From Stylophora pistillata (lineage: Eukaryota), in NCBI RefSeq assembly GCF_002571385.2, contig NW_019217806.1, positions 280,982 through 344,981 on the forward strand: a DNA stretch of 64,000 bases. Direction: 5' to 3'. The translations under genes and the position numbers were made by a program. Position 1 is the first letter of the stretch, and every line of letters starts with the position of its first letter. Shown in pieces: positions 61,363-64,000 of the stretch. Under the pieces are notes generated by a model. That model was not told the origin of the DNA, made no database searches, and saw only the letters and a list, made by a program, of their open reading frames with translations.

Positions 61363-64000
61363 TATGGTTTCACCCCCATCCTTGCGGACGCCGTGAGGAA
61401 AAGATTGATTTCAAATACTTTCCCTTTTTCATTCCTCAGTACCGACTTATTACAGGCCTATAGTCGTTTCTACGCTCGCAACTGTGATCGTGCTCGCGGG
61501 CAGCTCATTTTTAACAAAGTTGTCGTGCAATTGCTGCTTTGGTATAAATTCTTCACGCCATGGAAAACTGACAGTATTCAGTTGGCACGGAAGCAAAATA
61601 TTTAACACTGATAGAGCGGAGATACTGATCGTGAAGCCGCGTTCAAGCGTTTTAGAGGGATTGCATGTGACAGATAAACTGAAAATAAGGTTTCAATTTT
61701 CTAGGCCTGACTACGGAGGTCTTTGGGTGCACTTGATCATCCATTCCATATTACGATGGAGGAAAAATCTATAATCAGAGATCCTAAAATACTTACAGAT
61801 AATAATAAAATGTTGGTAGAGAACCAGATTCGTTGATGAAGAGGAGGAATGACCCTTAGGCTAAACGGGACTTTGTAAATCGAGTCGTACAAAATACAAA
61901 TACATATTTCCTCAGGAGTACGTTAGAGCCGATAAGAGTTAAATAAGGGGCAAGTCATCGATTTAAAAGTTAGAGACCATAACCTACGTGGTATAAAATC
62001 TTAGATGAGCGCTTTTCCCTTCAAATGTGGCATGGGGCAAAAACCACTTTAAGCCGGTGACGATTATTCCGAGAAGGAAAAGTTTTTTTGAAGGTGTATC
62101 ACAAGGAAAGTCCTAGTATAGTCTTGTGAAGGGCAAGTCCACCCCGAAAACCGCACAGTTTTTCAATTATGACATTTACTGTGTGTTAGATTCCAAAAAG
62201 TAACCTAACATTTCAAATATTATCTTCAAGTTTGCTAATAATTGACTGAAGACGTCATTTTGAATTGTGCTTAACAGCCTTGTCATTATCTCTGAGATTT
62301 CAAAGTTTCAATTCTTTTCTTATTTTTGACATCTGTTTCAACAATTAGGTTAGGAGCCTTAATAAGAGGACTTATTGACTCAAATAATATAATTTTCCCC
62401 TGATAACCGAGCAGAAGCTGTTTGTGACCTGTTCGCCGCAGTTTTGCTCGTGAGGATACGTTACTAAGATGTTTCAAAATGGCGGCGTCCATTTTTAACA
62501 TTTATACACAAACTGTGTTTTATGGTACCAGTACTAAAGACACAGATTCAGCTCATTATAAAAGAATGCAAATAATCACTTCGCCTACGAGAACGTGTAC
62601 ATCTAGCATAACTGAATGCTGTAACCCCAAAGAAACTTTCTCAAAGATTATAGTATTGTTAAGTGAAGACGAGGGAAAGTTTTTATCTTCCAGGTCATGA
62701 TATGAAAACAAGTTTCTCACCTCGTATTCTCGGTCCGTGTAAAGATGACAAAAAAAGTGTTCTAATTTTTGAAACGGCTTGAGAAGCAGCCTCTTCTCGA
62801 AAAATGAGTTGCGTTTCTTCTCGGGAAAATCAAAGACCTCACTTTGAAGAGAAGGGCAAACATTGAATGCGATTGGCGGTTGAGGGAAGGTCGAGACAGG
62901 AAGAAGTGTTTCTGTTATTATTCCATCCAAAATTTAAGCTTTCTCCAATAGGGAATTTCCAAACGTTTTCCCGTCCCTCCACCCAATACCTAAACCTTTT
63001 TGGCCAATGTGGCGGTCCGCTCATGTTACGATTTGGGTTCTATTCTTCGCTTAGTATTTGTACATCCGGGTTCAATAACAAGACGTCGAAAAAATATGTC
63101 TTATAGAGGGTTTTGACAATAGTCACAAAGGCTTTTTTATGTCAGTTTTTTATTTAAAATTGCTTTCTCTGTACTCGAAACCAAACTACTCGGTTGGAAA
63201 GCCCTACTTCAACATTTCGATCTATATGTAAGCTTGGAGGAAAAATTTACAACAAACATAGGGGAAGGACTCTTTTAAAAATTCTTCATCATTTCCTTCT
63301 TACTTGTCGACGAAACCCAAAACACTTGCAAAGACACTGATGGCGCTTTAATCATTGTTTGGGAACGACGAAAGCGAGAGAAGCCCGAAGTAAGGCGAAG
63401 TTATGCATTATAATGACCGGGCGCCAACGAACGGCGGCGATTAGCGTGTGAAAACTGGCCATAGCCGACAGTCATTTTTGTCGTAAAGTAATTAACGACC
63501 TTTTCCGGCGCTCTGATAATAACTGTTAATCAGGGCTACCACAGTCCCGACAGGACTTCGTCAACCCTCTCCTAAGTCTAAACAGAGAGGGAACCAGACA
63601 TTTCTTGACAGGTGAAAAAACTTACGGAGTTCAATAAAACACTGAATTCCGGCCTAACTGTACAAAAACAGCGGGCGCTGTTAATCTAACAAAGTCAGTA
63701 ACATACTACGCATATGATTTCACGGTCCTTTCACAAAGGTTTGTTTTGTAATTAAGCAAGAATCCCATGCCCTAAAAACAAATCTTTCGTTACCACGATT
63801 AATGGTTTCGTCTTTCTCCCACGGGATTCAGCTCCGCAGTTTCCAGTCCGTTTCCCTGTTTATCTTGACGAAGGTATGCAAATGTTGAAATATGTCAAAC
63901 TATGAACTGTTGGCGAAGCTCGCTTTAAACCACAGCTGTATGTGTTATTCACGCAGTTTTTTAATTTCACGTCGCTTCTTTTCGGTTGTTCTATGCTCAC

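Overview
Eukaryotic, AT-rich, intron-containing DNA with two assembly gaps (N 19480-20371 and 59114-59686). The GLWamide precursor and the repeat types indicate a cnidarian, most likely a scleractinian coral (inference). There are four supportable genes. (1) A GLWamide neuropeptide preprohormone on the minus strand with a single coding exon and 8 amidatable GLW-G copies. (2) and (3) Two small, same-strand, spliced genes at about 28.1-31.7 kb and 43.9-45.0 kb. Each encodes a signal peptide, an Arg/His/Trp-rich cationic segment with a shared F-x-[WF]-H-R-R motif, and an acidic C-terminal region. I cannot assign them to a known family, and they are the best candidate for an undescribed system (cationic host-defence or signalling peptides). 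(4) An 11-coding-exon, about 611-aa, membrane-anchored serine beta-lactamase-family gene (LACTBL1-like) with intact SxxK, YxN and KTG motifs. The rest is transposon-rich: an internally deleted Ty3/Gypsy-type LTR element with a TTAA MITE in one LTR, Penelope-like remnants carrying minimal hammerhead ribozyme motifs (two form palindromes), tRNA-derived SINEs with different heads on a shared body, MITEs, and three elements built from an inverted repeat plus a terminal hairpin.
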